DNA of 64,000 bases from Raillietiella orientalis. Its lineage: Eukaryota. A model generated the notes under the pieces. That model was not told the origin of the DNA, made no database searches, and saw only the letters and a program-made list of their open reading frames with translations. How positions within the stretch are numbered: position 1 is the stretch's first letter; each line of letters starts with the position of its first letter. The translations under genes and the position numbers were made by a program. The stretch is taken from positions 682,001-746,000 of the forward strand of contig JAYWIR010000022.1 of assembly GCA_036172245.1 (NCBI GenBank). Reading direction: 5' to 3'. Positions 47,640-60,331 of this stretch are shown here, piece after piece.

Positions 47640-49463
47640 CACATAGAGCAGGTCACAGACTTTCTGCTGTTGTTACTCATGTCCACGCTGGCGTCGACGC
47701 TCGAAGATTTCTTCGAGCTGTTGAGCCGCGGGACAGGACTGGAGGTGAACAGGGTGAAGTCATCCGTGGTAGCAGTCGTTTCGATGTAGGCAAGACAGCT
47801 GGACTGAATCCTCTTGGGGATCCCAACGGTTCGGTACTTTAAGTACCTCAGTGTAACACTAAGGGATAATTCTCCGGAGGAGGTGTGGTCCAGCTGCCTC
47901 CAGAAGGCAGAGTCGGCGATCGGCCGGTTCAAAATGGCAAGTTTCTCTTGCAGGAACGGGCCACGGTCTGGAAAACGTTTGTGGTCTCCTCTTCGTCCCC
48001 ATCGATTAGCATTACAATTTACCTAGAACTTCCTGAGAATCGTCCCCTGGAGCACATAGAGACCCAGAGTCCGCCTGAAGGACTTGTACTCTCCGCGTCG
48101 CGTCGGAGGTCTCGGCCTCCTGACGCTGGAGCTCCTGAAGCGGCAGCATCCAGTGCAGGGCGCTTGCCCTCATGGCGAAGATATGCAGCACCAGCTGGTG
48201 CGAGCCCGCACGATACCTAGTCAAGTGAGCCACCGGCTACGCGGGACTGTCTTTGTTCCTGGCGCGGCGGCGCAGACGCAACGTGTCCAGCTGCGTACTG
48301 GAGCTCCGGCGGATGGTCAAGCTGACTAGGACCAACACCTGGATCTTCTGCCGACCCGCAAACGGTAGTGCCTGGACGAAGGAAACCATTCACACGTGGA
48401 CCAAGATGGTTGAAGAGAGTCTGGAAATGTGGCAGCAACTGCTGCACTGCTTCTACAACGACCGCTCGCTGTAGGACGTCATAGTGCAGCCCACCACGTG
48501 TGCGTGCGAGCAAAGAACCTCTCTAGCTGCGGCACTGCCCTCCTTCAGGGAGCACCTGGTCAGTAACCAGCTGGCCAAATGGGAGTTCAGTTGCGAGATC
48601 AGTCAGAAGACGAGGGAACTAGGTGGTTGGACCACGGGCCAGCTCACGCACGCTGCGACTCCGAGTGTCCCACCGAAAGGACTATTGCGCTGGGGTGAGC
48701 TGCTAGGAATCCCACAGGAAGATCTCGAATGGTCCAGATCTGGAAAACAGCCGGGTCCTCACCCTGAATAGTTGCAGGAGTCGGCACTTCTGCTGTTGCA
48801 CTGCGGTATCCCATGCAACCCCCGCCGGCCATACTCGACTCAGAGGGCCATTGACCACAACTGTTGCAGGTGCAGGGACAGGAATCCTAGTTCCCGCACC
48901 CGTTCGAAGACTGCGTTACCCTCCGACCCCTGCGGTTGCGTTACGCAACGGCCCTTGGTGCTCCGACGAACAATCTCAGGGACATGATGAAGCGCCTATT
49001 TGTGCTCCAGGCCCATTCTCCTGCCGCAGCATTCGCAGCTCTTTGCTTCTAAGGATGGGGCAGTATATGTACCTGCTTCGACGGTACATATACTGAAATT
49101 GCTGCCTACGTGGGGTTGTGGCTGCCTGGAGCTACGGAACAAGAGAACGGCACGATAAGTACGTCATCTGCTTCGCCCTGCGCTTCCTGCGGACTGCAGC
49201 AAGATGGTCCCACCTGGGGCACCCTCGGATGGAACTTGTCGGCATCCTGGAAGGATGCAGAGGATGCCCTCCAGTAAACAGTGATCCCTTCCTGCTCCTG
49301 CCAGAGTTTTTTTTTATTTATTTTTATTTTTTGTTTGTCCCTCCTCCTCTGCTGCCGAAGCGAACCTCGCCGGCCTGCGTGCCGATTACTCGGCAAGTTC
49401 CGAGCATTTTCGGACAATGTAGGGGCGATGCCCCTACACATGTCTGCTTAATTTTATAATAAA
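47640..49463 (+). mobile_element. Longest LINE copy (subfamily A): C-terminal RT/thumb, zf-RVT and 3' UTR; 5'-truncated pseudogenised L1/Tx1-like ORF2
   Basis: FFELLSRGTGLEVNRVKS (47709-47762), YFKYLSVTL..W..CLQKAESAI and RVRLKDLYSPRRVGGLGLLTL are hallmark L1/Tx1 RT motifs. Also QESALLLLHCGIPCN...NCCRCRD and RFLRTAARWSHL...ELVGILE. Several stops and frameshifts; AATAAA at 49458-49463. Confidence 0.93.
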
Positions 49464-49973
49464 CGTATCAAAGTAACCGGGTCATAAATCAGAGCAGGTC
49501 AACCCACCGAAGAAGTCCCTTCGCCCGGAAACGAGGAGTAGTGGAGTCCGCCAGCCCGCTCGTCTTGCAGCCGTCCAAGAGTTTTTCGACTCCTGCAATG
49601 TTGCAGGAGAATTTCCTCCCCAGCTCAAGTCGGTGCTTCTGCAAAAGACATTGGACGTCCTGAAGAGGGGTACCCTAAGCTTGGTGTCTCAAAGATGCCA
49701 TGCGACTTGGAAACACCGAAATGAAACCCCCTTGCCTCCGAATTCTGTTTGTTCCACCTGCAAATTTTGATGCCTTCCCTCATGTTTTCCCTCTTCATGC
49801 AGAATCTCGGCGAATTAGTTCATCTCGTGATAGGAATTCATAGCCGCGGGTCTGCTAGCCTTTAGAGTCCCTTGATGGGCGTCAGAGTTCTCTTCGGTAG
49901 ACGTTGAAGATGAATGGAAACCCATTCTCAAGAGGAAGAGCTGCTCCTAGTCCGATAGTGGACTCGGCCCACT

Positions 49974-50741
49974 CTACTGGAGAGTGCTAACTTCTGAAAA
50001 GATTAACACTTCCCGCCCACGAAATTCGGAAGAATCTTTGTCTCGCGATCTGTTTTTTCCTTCCTTCGGATTTTCCAAGACTTTCTCCTCTGCCTCGGTC
50101 ACACTGACCAGTCCATCACTTGACTCCTGACGATGTGGTTCTTCTCTCCGTGTTAGCATAGCGTGCATTCTTTCCTGAGGAGCAAGGGGAACATCCCGAA
50201 GAAAATTACTTGATGCAGACGCGGCCAACAGAATGAGTCACTGGAGCGGCTTTAGCCATCGACGAAGCTGGCCATGGAGCTGGCAAAAGAGAGGGAAGAA
50301 GAGAAATCCGGGAAGGTTGCTCCGGATTTCCGTCCGACAGACTGCAAGTGCAAGAGAGCTCGAGTCTTCCAAAAGGAAGGCGAGTCGCTGCTCGTCAGCC
50401 AGAGTTGCACGACCAGAGATGTCAGATTCAAAGCTAAAAGCGAGGAATACAAAAGGGTTCTCCAGCTTTCCAAGTGCGTCCACCATCACCGACGCCATAA
50501 GGAGTTCCCTGTATTTGTGGGTCAAGGACGGGTGTGAGAGGTGCTGGGCTCCTGCAAGCATGCTATTCGTTTCCAGAGAAAGTTGACAGAGTACTCAAGG
50601 CGGGAGTACGTTCAACCAGGTGCAATCATCCACGTCTGTAGGGAGAGCCTGGGAATGGCTGCAAAGTCTGGATTCGACAAGATCCAGGCAGTCTCGTGTG
50701 GTCTTCCACATATGAGATATCATGTAGTTTTTGTGCATCAT
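49974..50741 (-). pseudogene. Stop-interrupted 256-codon frame, unknown product
   Basis: From the ATG at 50741 (MMHKNYMISHMWKTTRDCLDLVESRL...) the frame runs through ORFs 50561-50238 and 50228-49974 with only two internal TGA codons. Confidence 0.35.
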
Positions 50742-50973
50742 GTAGAGCAAGAGAGCACCCTCATTCTATCCACTACAAGCTGCTGACCATGCAATTCACA
50801 TCGCGAGAAAGTGACGCAATACACACGTCGACCACCGAGAACACAAACGACAAAAATGCCATCGGAACGTGGACGGCGGCTCTCAGAAGGGGCTTCCTTC
50901 GGAAAAGCAGAAGCGGCATTCCCTTGCGCAGATCCTACCTCAGAGAGGTGTTTCATCCGGTTTTGCCAAGATA

Positions 50974-51480
50974 TTTATTATTAAAAATAATAAAAGTACA
51001 AGTTCTTCGTCATGTGGTGAAACACTTGGTTTACCACGTCCGTTCAACTTGCCGATCACCGATTCGGAGACTGGAGGGGCATCCGCTCCAGTAGCGAAGG
51101 GGCAAGAGAAACTGCAAAATAACAAACAAAAAAAACAAAAACAAAAAAAAGGGAGGAAAATTTTTATTAAAGAAGAAGGGGGAGGAAGGGAAGAGATCAC
51201 GTTTCACTGGGAGCAGTCCTCTGTACCTCATCCAGGATGCTGACAAGTGGTGTTCTCGTGCTGCCCAGGTGGGGCCATCTTCAGCTTATCTTCAAAAATA
51301 TCTGCCCTCTGTGGATGGCATCCCTGCCATTTTGGCCTCTTCTCGCGTTCCATGCTGCTGCCACGATTCCGCGGAACACAGCAGAGAAACGCTAGGGACG
51401 CGGCAGAGCAGCCTGCATGAAGAAGCACCGAAAAATGTCCCTGGGGACGCCTACCAAGATGTCAAGGATCGTCAATAGAC
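50974..51480 (-). mobile_element. Subfamily A LINE 3' fragment with UTR
   Basis: GVPRDIFRCFFMQAAL/AFLCCV/RGIVAAAWNARRGQNGRDAIH..RWPHLG. T-rich tract at 51150-51115, hairpin at 51014-51037, AATAAA at 50979-50974. Confidence 0.88.
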
Positions 51481-53587
51481 GATCACAAAGGGTCGGAAGA
51501 GTAGTGAATCCGGGAGACGTGACCCAAGAAACTCCTTTCCCTTCCTTGTAAAAGGCAAGTGGTAGATCGGTGCCTTTTTCAAGGACTTTTGAATTCCCTG
51601 GAAAACTCGCTGAAGCATTTGCTGAATTCCTTCTCAGTGAGGAATAAGTAGTGCTTGTGGACGATCCTTTCCCGGTGTTGCACCGACCAATTCGATAGTA
51701 TACACGCTATGGAAACGTGGCGGGGCTAAATACACGCGTCAACAGTACGTCACGCCGTCGAAAACCGCTCTGAGGATAACGACCCGGCAGCTCAGTTCTT
51801 ACAGAGCTGTGGGATCCACGGTGCAGGACACTTCTGCTGCCACGAATGCAGTACTTCTAGTACTGCGGTGTTGAGAACGGATGCGCTGCAAGAAGGAGAG
51901 CGGCAGCAAAGAGAATTGAGGTTCAGTGACTCTTCCTCAGCAGTGCATCGAAACGAAGGTTCCAGGGGAAACGTTCATCCTTACTTCCAGAGTCGATCCA
52001 TGCAAAGATTCGAATCTAATTTGGCTCACATTTGAGTCAACTCCCCCCTGCACCATTTCTGATCCTCAAACCTCTACGGATGGATCAGGTAAGGTGCGGC
52101 TCGTGGCTGCTTTTCACTTTCCTCTTTCATCACGATGCATTTCTAAATGCGACCGTCTGGAAAAACAGTGGATTCTGCATTATTTTATCCATTCATCCAT
52201 GCTATTCACGGACCCAAAACTGCATCTGTTCCCTTCTTCCCTTGCTCTGAGACAAATTCCGCGAAACCTGAGACTTCTGGAATTGTGCCTACGTTCTGAT
52301 GAAGGCCCTCTAAGAATTCAGAGGGACCATCGGGATCTTCGTTTTTCTCGAGTTCACCCCGTACGAGCGTTCAGGGAAGAGAATGGACCATTTCTCTCCA
52401 GTGCCGGAATCGACTTAGAGAGCTTCGTCTCAGCCAAGGACCAGGCCGAGAGGAACATGTGCTGCCTACACTTGAGTAGATCCTCCCAACCAAATGCTGG
52501 AAACGCCAGCGGAGGAGAGCCAGAGGGAGCTGGACGTCGCTCATCCTTCCTTGACAGGAACTTTAGAGCTGAAGAAGTCAGGCAACTTTATTTCGGTCAC
52601 TAGGTAGAGTTCGTGATTCGGAAATGTCCCTCGTCACCTTGATAATACCTGAATCCATTTTAACAAAGAGGAAAAATCTTTATCTTTGGGGAATGCCTCA
52701 TAAATTTTCTTCAGATCATTCCACAGTCCCCAAAATAATACTTTTAGGACACTCACCATCCTGAAAAAAAGAATTGTTTGAAGCAGTTTATTCACCATTC
52801 GCAACTCTGCTGCGCGCGCTTTGGTCCGGGAGAAAGAACGACAGTGCTAGGCGAGTTGCATACCGTCGACGATCCGCCCATCAAAAGCGATCGCCTCTGA
52901 CCAGCGACCTTCGCGGAGAGGTGCGATCGTACAACGGTTGAACGCATCGGATGACGCTCCTTCACTTCTTGAAGGTCGGTCTTGTTCTCACTTTGCTTCC
53001 TCCTTACTTCTTCCTCCTCTGCTTTACTGGGATGGTCAAAAAAGGATGATGGGAACAGAAGGAGTTTATCTCGATTCCAACCTGTCTCGGGCCAGTCTGC
53101 TCTCGAAGCTTCGCCGCGCTTCGAACTGACCTCTGAGGCGTGTCACCTCTGAAGAATCTGACTCGTCACCTCGGAACGGGTTGCTTGCGAGAAGCAGGGA
53201 AGGGGTGGGATGTGAGGCGAACCGAAAAGCCTGAGCGGAAGGGGTCTTCTGGAGCTTCCAAAGCCTTCTAGGGGTTGTGTCCTACAACTCCGCCTTGCCC
53301 AAATGTGCGCGATTCCTGAGCTTCGCGAATCGCGCACCAGGATGAGGCATCTGCTTCCGTTCGCGCCAAAATCGGAGCAGCTGTTGGCGACGAGCCGTGC
53401 ACTAAATCCCTCGCATCTTCATTCTCTTGAAGCTTCCCGGATTTGTTTCCAAACTCGATTGGTTTCCCATGCTTGGCCTTCTTGACCAGGTCGCCAGAGA
53501 GGCGCCGTGCCTGCTGCTCTTCCTGATAGGAGTCGCTCTTCTGGCAGCTGGAGGAAGGTGGAAGCGGGCGCGGAAAGACGCGGCTCC

Positions 53588-53667
53588 CCTCGCGTACCCC
53601 TGTATCTCCTGCCCTCAAAGGAGAGCGGGGATGCTCAATCCCGATCCCGGGGAAATCGCCCCCGAGT
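53588..53667 (+). repeat. 80-bp dispersed repeat, inverted partner at 61670-61749
   Basis: About 10 mismatches in 80 bp by eye, no gaps. Both copies read ISC..RRAGM...DPGEIAPE. Confidence 0.9.
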
Positions 53668-53999
53668 CTGCGCTCCGATCTGAGCCCAGCACGTGTTCGG
53701 AAACGCAGCTCGACGCAGAAGAGCTCGAGTCGAACGAATGGTGCTTTGCCAACTTATCCTTCATTTGGAAACAAACACCGCTGAATCCTCTTACACCGCT
53801 ATTCTCATCTTCGTTCTTCCTTACACAGAATGTGACTTGGCGGGGCGTTCACTGGTTTCCTCCCTATGGTCATTCCTCAGCTGAAAAAATGCAGTATTCT
53901 CTCCATGTGAGAACCAATCTCCCCTGTCTTAAATCTTCTCTTTATTCGTGGACGAAGGACTGAAACGACCTCACATTGTCATCATGAGTGCTGACCAAA

Positions 54000-56212
54000 C
54001 ACGGATGGAAAATGTTCCAGAATCCTGCTTCCAGAATTGTAGAATGAGGATTCGGGCATAAAGCAATGGAATGCTGAGTAGTAGTCTTCATTCTTGCCTT
54101 TCATCTTAGCTCAAGACTCACGGAACTCACCTTCACCCCATCTTAATTGCGGAATTCGTTCCTCTGGAAGGATTTTGTTCGAGCTTTGGATTTCATTTTT
54201 GGATAATGAGATCGTAGGAGTTCTGACTTGCTATGCAATCAGGCAGCTGATTATGGACTCGCCTTCCCAAACTTCTGTTTGAATATCATGGAAGTTCGGC
54301 CAGTTCTCCAGACACAGGGAAACAAGTCGGTAAGCCTTCCCTTTCGTAGGCATGAGCTCTCCTTTCTGGTCATTGCCCGTGGCCAATGGAAAATTCCACA
54401 GCTTGAAATTTCTAGTCTCCAAAGGTATCTCGAAAGTCCAGAGCATGGTTTCAGTTACCCCTTCGTACCTATGCTGCTCTCCAGAACGTGTACCGAAAAC
54501 GCGCACCGCAAGTGTGCCGCTCCGAGAGCAATCACGACGCTTATCACCCGCGATTACTAAAGACATTTTCGATCACCCTCCAAGTTGGCTGTTTCTGGTA
54601 AACAGCACGTCCTTCTTGTGAGAGATTAGGCGAGGTACTGTTAAAGAATTGCTCCACGTCAACAGCGGAACACCTTGCAGAGAAACAATTTACTGTTGAT
54701 CAAGTGGTTTCGGAAGCTTTGGAAGCGGTGGCACAGCAGAAAATCACTGGGATTTGGAGATGACAAGTGCTTCGTTGCACTGACTATTTGCTGCACCTTT
54801 CATCTTGTTTGCTCTGCATGTTTGCTGTCAACAAAGTATCTCAAGTGAAACGGATGAAGAAACTCTTCCTCCTGCCTCCTGCCTTCCCGAGAAACTTTCC
54901 CCTTTCTCAGGAAAGTTGAAAATTTGGGGGATATCCGGAAAGTTCCCAGGAACTGACCTTTTTGAAACGCAGCGGCTCGCTGCGGCGAAATTTCCTAGAA
55001 GACCTCTCCTTCTTGGACTGCTATCCTGAGTGATGATGTAAAGACGGGGTTCGAAAGCGTTGCCTATTCAGAGATAACTCCGGATATCGATGTTTCCAAG
55101 CACCGAATACACTTCTAAAATGCTCGCACTTGTCTCTGACGTTTCAAACATGACCAATTCATGCTCGTGGTAACACATGTACCATAAAGATTCAGAGCTC
55201 CTACACTGAAGGCCAACTGGGAAACCCTCAAAGAGACGAACGTATTGGAAAGGCCATCCGCAACTCAAACTTTGGTGTTTCGAATTCCTCAGTTGATCAG
55301 TTCAAGAATGGGTTCAGGCCGTCCTATTAACGAAAGTACGTGAACCTTCATGCCCATTCTACTAGCGTTCTTGCTTTTGTCATGGGAGCAAAATTGTCTC
55401 TATCAATCCTCCTTTTCTTATCTCATGAGGCAGTGATCCTTGCTCGATCATGTGCTGAAGAGTGGTGGGGCCCATTTTCGTCAGCAACGTTTGCGAAGTG
55501 AAAAAAAGGCAGTGCTCTCACGCCTTTGGGTAGGGAATGCTACTCTTCCTGTTTGTTCTCCTTCAGCCGAAAGATCTGCTTGTCGTAGGTCGAAGTTTCA
55601 TTTTCTGAGATTTGAGCGCTGAGGAGTGGGATCATTCGCTCACCACATACGACTACACTCGAGGGAGAAGACAGACTTATGTGTCAGGGAAACCCTGGAG
55701 CCCATTCGAGAGCCAGAGGGCTAAGCGTCATGCCAACGAACAGAGTGAAGTCATGAACGTACCTTCTGATGAGGAAGGGCACACAGTGATCGTTCCAGTG
55801 GAAATTCCTGATGCAAGAGAGAAATTCAATCAGAAATTCATCGAGGAGGATGCATAGCCTGGGCAACAAGCGAAGCAAATGTGGCAAATGAGTTACTTTT
55901 ACCAGATCTTGCAGCTTTTTCATCACGTCATCGTATTTCTTATGGACATCAACCGTAACCCTCATCCTAGAAGGAACGTGAGTTTCATTATGCCTCGAGA
56001 GACGTGCTTCATTACATAGGAAATCCATTTAAATCCATCTCTGCATAATCCAGGGCAATGTTTTCGGAAATCGTCCAGAATCCGTCAATGCCTTCGGAGT
56101 AGTAGGGTTCGACGGATGCATCGGAGGAAACATGATGTAAGGCTGAGGACGAAAGACAAGAGATGCGGGTCAGGAGAACTTCCTGCGGTGTATCTGAGTT
56201 AAGTAAGCGCAC
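54000..56212 (-). pseudogene. Possible decayed host-type gene with exon/intron structure, unknown product
   Basis: The frame 55268-54231 has 5 internal stops in about 346 codons. Protein-like segments (YYSEGIDGFWTISENIALDYAEMD, VTVDVHKKYDDVMKKLQDL) end at a plausible GT donor (G/GTAAAA near 55902). Confidence 0.3.
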
Positions 56213-58722
56213 CCATACACTCCTTCGCTCTCACTCTCAGTTCTTTGCTGAAATGGACTCCTTTCGAGTATTTTCTTCGGTGTGTTCGATTTATGTGCTC
56301 TTTCGAGTTTTCTTATTTTTCATCCCCGCAGCATGTAGGCAGGCGTTTTTTTTTTTTTTTTTTCCTTTTTTGCAACGAGAGGACATTCATGTCCATCAAG
56401 GAGCATCTGTTGCTCACATTGCCACTCGTTTTGCCGTCGACACACTTCCACGTGCAGGGCGCGTACGGCTTGCACAGCTGCTGACCTGGGTGTCGTTTTC
56501 GGCGGTAGGTGCTCGGGCCGCTTAGCTTTACACGCTTTCCCTTCCCCTCCGGGCAACGGAACGAGAGAACCGTCACCCTGCTCGGTCGAGTAGGAGAAAG
56601 CCAAAGGGAAGAATGAGAGGAGGCAGCCGTCCCAGGAAACCACTGGACCCTTTTGAGACTCCGGGCGCTCGTACGTGTAGGGACTAGGATCCTCTTCTCT
56701 TGGTGAACAGCAGTGCCGCTGCGCACTAAGGAACTGAGGTGCTTCCATTCGGAAGTCGACCTCTCCCATCCACATATTGCAGGGTGAGAAATCGCAACTT
56801 CCGTCGGCTCATGGTATCTGGACACTCATTTCCCTCCCCCTCCCCCCACGCCGCCGCCTTCTTCCTCAGCCGTCGTCTTTCGGCTCCTTCATCGCAAATG
56901 TTTTTTCCCTCTCAAGCTGTTACGAAGAGTTCTGCAGAATCCCAGGCAGTCAGCTTCCCCCTCCCTCTCTTTTTCGTGTGGCTCCGTGCAGAGGCAGGTT
57001 TGTAGTTTCGAATTCTTTCGCACAGAGTGCGCTTCAGACGCTCAGCACCTTGCGCCGTGACTTTGACGACCCTGCATTAGCAAACTGCCACATCTTCCCA
57101 GCTCTCTCTGGGGAGACTCTTCGCTGCATCCTCCCACGGCTAAGCCTCTCGGGCACGTGAAGGACTCGTCTTCCACGGATTTGCCGAATTTGTCCTTGCC
57201 CCTCGGGTTAGGTCGTTTCCCAGCCGTGCACACGCTTCAGGCGGTTCTGGCAGTCGCTTCTGGTTTCAGCGCCAAGGAAGACTGGGGTACAGGTCGGGTG
57301 TGGAAGATGGCCGCGTGCCGTTCGAGCTCTGGCAGGACGGATGGCGCGTCTCATTGGTGAGTCGCCGCGTCTCCGGGCGTAGGGAGTAATGAATCCGCCC
57401 TCCGCTGACGTCAGTCGTCGCAGACCATCGCGAGACGGACGGACCCCTGGCAGCCCGAAATGCTCGCTCACCTACAGTTTTCTTTTTCACGGAAACCGTC
57501 TGACTCTATCGAACTTCGCAATGCGTCCCAGAGATCCGGAAACCGTCCATGCCTCTCCCTCGCGCTTCAGAGGGAGAGGCGGGATCGCGGATCTCCGTGA
57601 GCGAGCTGCATCCCAGAAGCGAAGGATCCCTGCGGGTTCGGATGGCACCGAACTCGTCCGCGCGAGATCGTCCTCCTGAAGACTCCGGTGAGACGCCGGT
57701 GGAGTCTCTGCCGCCATCCCGAGATGAGCTCTTTCGGAATAACCCTTACTCGAGAGGGCGTCCCGTTCCTTGCCAACAGACCCGAAGCGCATCCTCTCGA
57801 GTTCGGAAACGCTAAGCCCTAGTCGGATCTCGCCCGATTCCACGACGGAGCCCCGGGGGACGAACTCGCTGAGATTCCCTGAAGAGCGAGCAGGAGACAG
57901 CCATCACGAGGTGGAAGGACGGTGCCCGTTTTATCCGATCGTCAAGGGCATCCAAGGTTCACCGGAGGTTTCCCTCCTTTCCTCCGTCCTTCGTCCCGTA
58001 CGTATGGGTCCGCCGCTCACGGCGCCTCGAGGAGCACCGAGCCGGCACGGAGACGTTGCGGACCCTCCGCGGGCAGGGTGAACAAGAAAATGGGATGTTT
58101 TTTTTCTCCTCACTTCGCTTCCCTCTCCTCCCTTTCCCGCAGCATGCCGCGAAGGATGCGCTCGTCTTACCGTACTCTACAGAGGCGAGCCAGAGGATGA
58201 AAGTTGCGGGCTCCATGAAAACCGCTCGCTATCCTCGGAACTCAGCGGGACAGCACCCAGAAGGCGAATGAAGCTGGTGCTCAGGGAGCGCGGCGGCAAG
58301 TCCAGCCGGCGGCGCAGCGGCAGGTCGTAGGCGTAGGTGGAAGGGCGGAAGGTTGCGTGCTTGCAACTTTTGTTTTTGTTTTTGCTTTTTAAGCACGCGA
58401 GCACTGCCGAAGAAGCAGATGTTCCCTTCTTCCAGAACCCAGGACTCGTAAAAGCCGCCTTGTTGCTGCTGTCTGGGCTCCCCTCCTCGGGCAGGTTGCT
58501 GCTGCCGTCACGCGCGCAGGTTCCCTCCGGAGAGTCTGCCACCTGTTCTAGGGAGCAGCGCGAGAGGGCACCAAGCGCCCACATGCAAACCACCTTTTCG
58601 GCCACCTGCTCCACGTCCTCTCCTCGAAAGGGTCCTTAATCTCGGATTTCCTCTTAGCGGAGCAGAACCACGTTGCCCTTTCCACAAGTCGGGAGACGTG
58701 ACTCGCGAGCTGTTCACTCAGT

Positions 58723-58860
58723 GGGGGGGGGGGGGGGGAAGGCGGAATGAGGCGGCGGAGCAGGATGCGGAGGAGAAGGAGGAGGAGGAATAAGGGCGGC
58801 AGAGGAGAAAGGGCTTCGGCAGCGGAGGGAGAGGGAGGGATAAGGAAGAGATAGGAAATG
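58723..58860 (+). repeat. G16 run followed by a purine-rich GGA/GA low-complexity tract
   Basis: G16 at 58723-58738, then ggcggcggagcagg..ggaggaggagg..ggagggagagggaggg. Confidence 0.85.
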
Positions 58861-60001
58861 AGTGCATTCCAGAACGACCGGATGCTCCCGGGATTCTGCT
58901 CGTTTCAGACAGGCTGGTTGGTGACTCCCAGGAAGGCAGCAGGAAACAGACCGGCACCGGGGAGTTGAGTTCTTGAACTTCGACAACGTGCGGACGTGAG
59001 CCAAGGTTCCCGAACATTTCGAACTCCTGGGTCTTCCCTTCGGATCGGCATGGGCTTCATCCCGTCGCTCTTCCTGTTGGCCTCTGTGGCGTTCGGTAAG
59101 CACGTCGTGGGTTGAGTCTGAAAGTAGATGTTGGAGGTGAAGGGAGGAGGAGAGTTCCTCCGCTCCCCTAAGAAACGATCCGTGTGGGTCTTTTCCGGGG
59201 AAGGGGACGCCAGTGAGCACTGGGGGAACCGCCGAGCGTTCGTGTGTATCCCGGGGTGGGCGGGTGAGGTGGCGTTTTTTCCGCTCCGAGCTGGTGGTGG
59301 GTGCGCAACGCGCCCCCTTACGGGTCCCATCCGATCCTTTTCCTCTCGATCGCAGAAATGGTTCCCCATCGCGAGATGGGAACAACAGCCGAAAACGGCC
59401 GGGATGGGACGCAGGGGGGTCTTCGACTCGCGGTGCGGGTGGAGAGACTACCAACCCTCCTCTGTAAGGGCTTAGAAGCGGCGGCGGCGTTTCAGTGCTG
59501 AGAGCTCTCGAAAGCGCTCTGCACCTCCCTAGGATGAGGGAACCCGGAGGCAAACGATGTCGCGTCCACATGCAAGGAGCCTCCCGCGAGTTCGTAGCAT
59601 CGAAAAGGGGAGCTCTCGAGCCAGAAGAAACAGTCCGGAGGAGGAAAAAAACTTCCCTCTGGACCACCTGAAAGGCAAGCTCTCGCATCCCGATAGGAGG
59701 GTGCCACACAAGCTCGCGAAGGTGTGTCGTCGGAATTCCAGGCATGCTCAGAACCTGAATTGGGGGAGGGAGAGAACCATGGCTGGGGATCGCTAACGCA
59801 CGCGCGCTCAAAATCCAATCATGCGATCCCGGCGCCAACCCTTCCTGCCAAAGACGCGTCCTTGGTAAGGATGTCCGCGGAATTAAGCACTTAGATGGGG
59901 CTTTTAGAGAGAACATGCGTCACGTCCAAGGGTCGACCCTCGCCGCTCATTTGACCCTCGCGTTTTCCTCTTTTCCAGCCGGTCTGCACGTTTCTGTGTC
60001 C

Positions 60002-60331
60002 ATGTCGGCCATTAACTGCACGATCGAGCTACAAACTCTCACGCAGAGGACAGCTCTCCAGATGAAGGGCTCAGGAATGTCCTTGTTGGACAACTTAACC
60101 TCGGAATTGTGGACGCCGTGCTACATTCGCTGGGGCATGTTTCAAGACTTCATGGTCGATTTTATGAATTTCTTCCACAAATGGGCCATCCTTGCAGAGG
60201 TGTTCGACCCAGACACCATAGGCACCTTCTTCACGAGATTCTTCGATCTATTCGAGATGCTGCTCCGCAGTTTGTTGTACGACGTCTGTCATTTGCAGTT
60301 CTTGTATATAGGATCCCATTTCCGGCAGTGA
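60002..60331 (+). other. Candidate coding segment of an unknown helical protein
   Basis: Amphipathic protein-like text (MFQDFMVDFMNFFHKWAILAEVFDPDTIGTFFTRFFDLFEMLLRSLLYDV) ending at a donor-like GTGAGT (60328-60333). No recognised family. Confidence 0.35.

Noticed and set aside
51848..51866. Hairpin GCAGTACT-TCT-AGTACTGC
   Set aside because: An isolated 8-bp stem is expected by chance in 64 kb, and it has no context.
58714..59916. Longest ORF in the track (400 aa, minus strand)
   Set aside because: Pro/Arg/Ser-rich text typical of GC-rich non-coding or off-frame sequence. It ends in a low-complexity tract and has no recognisable domain.
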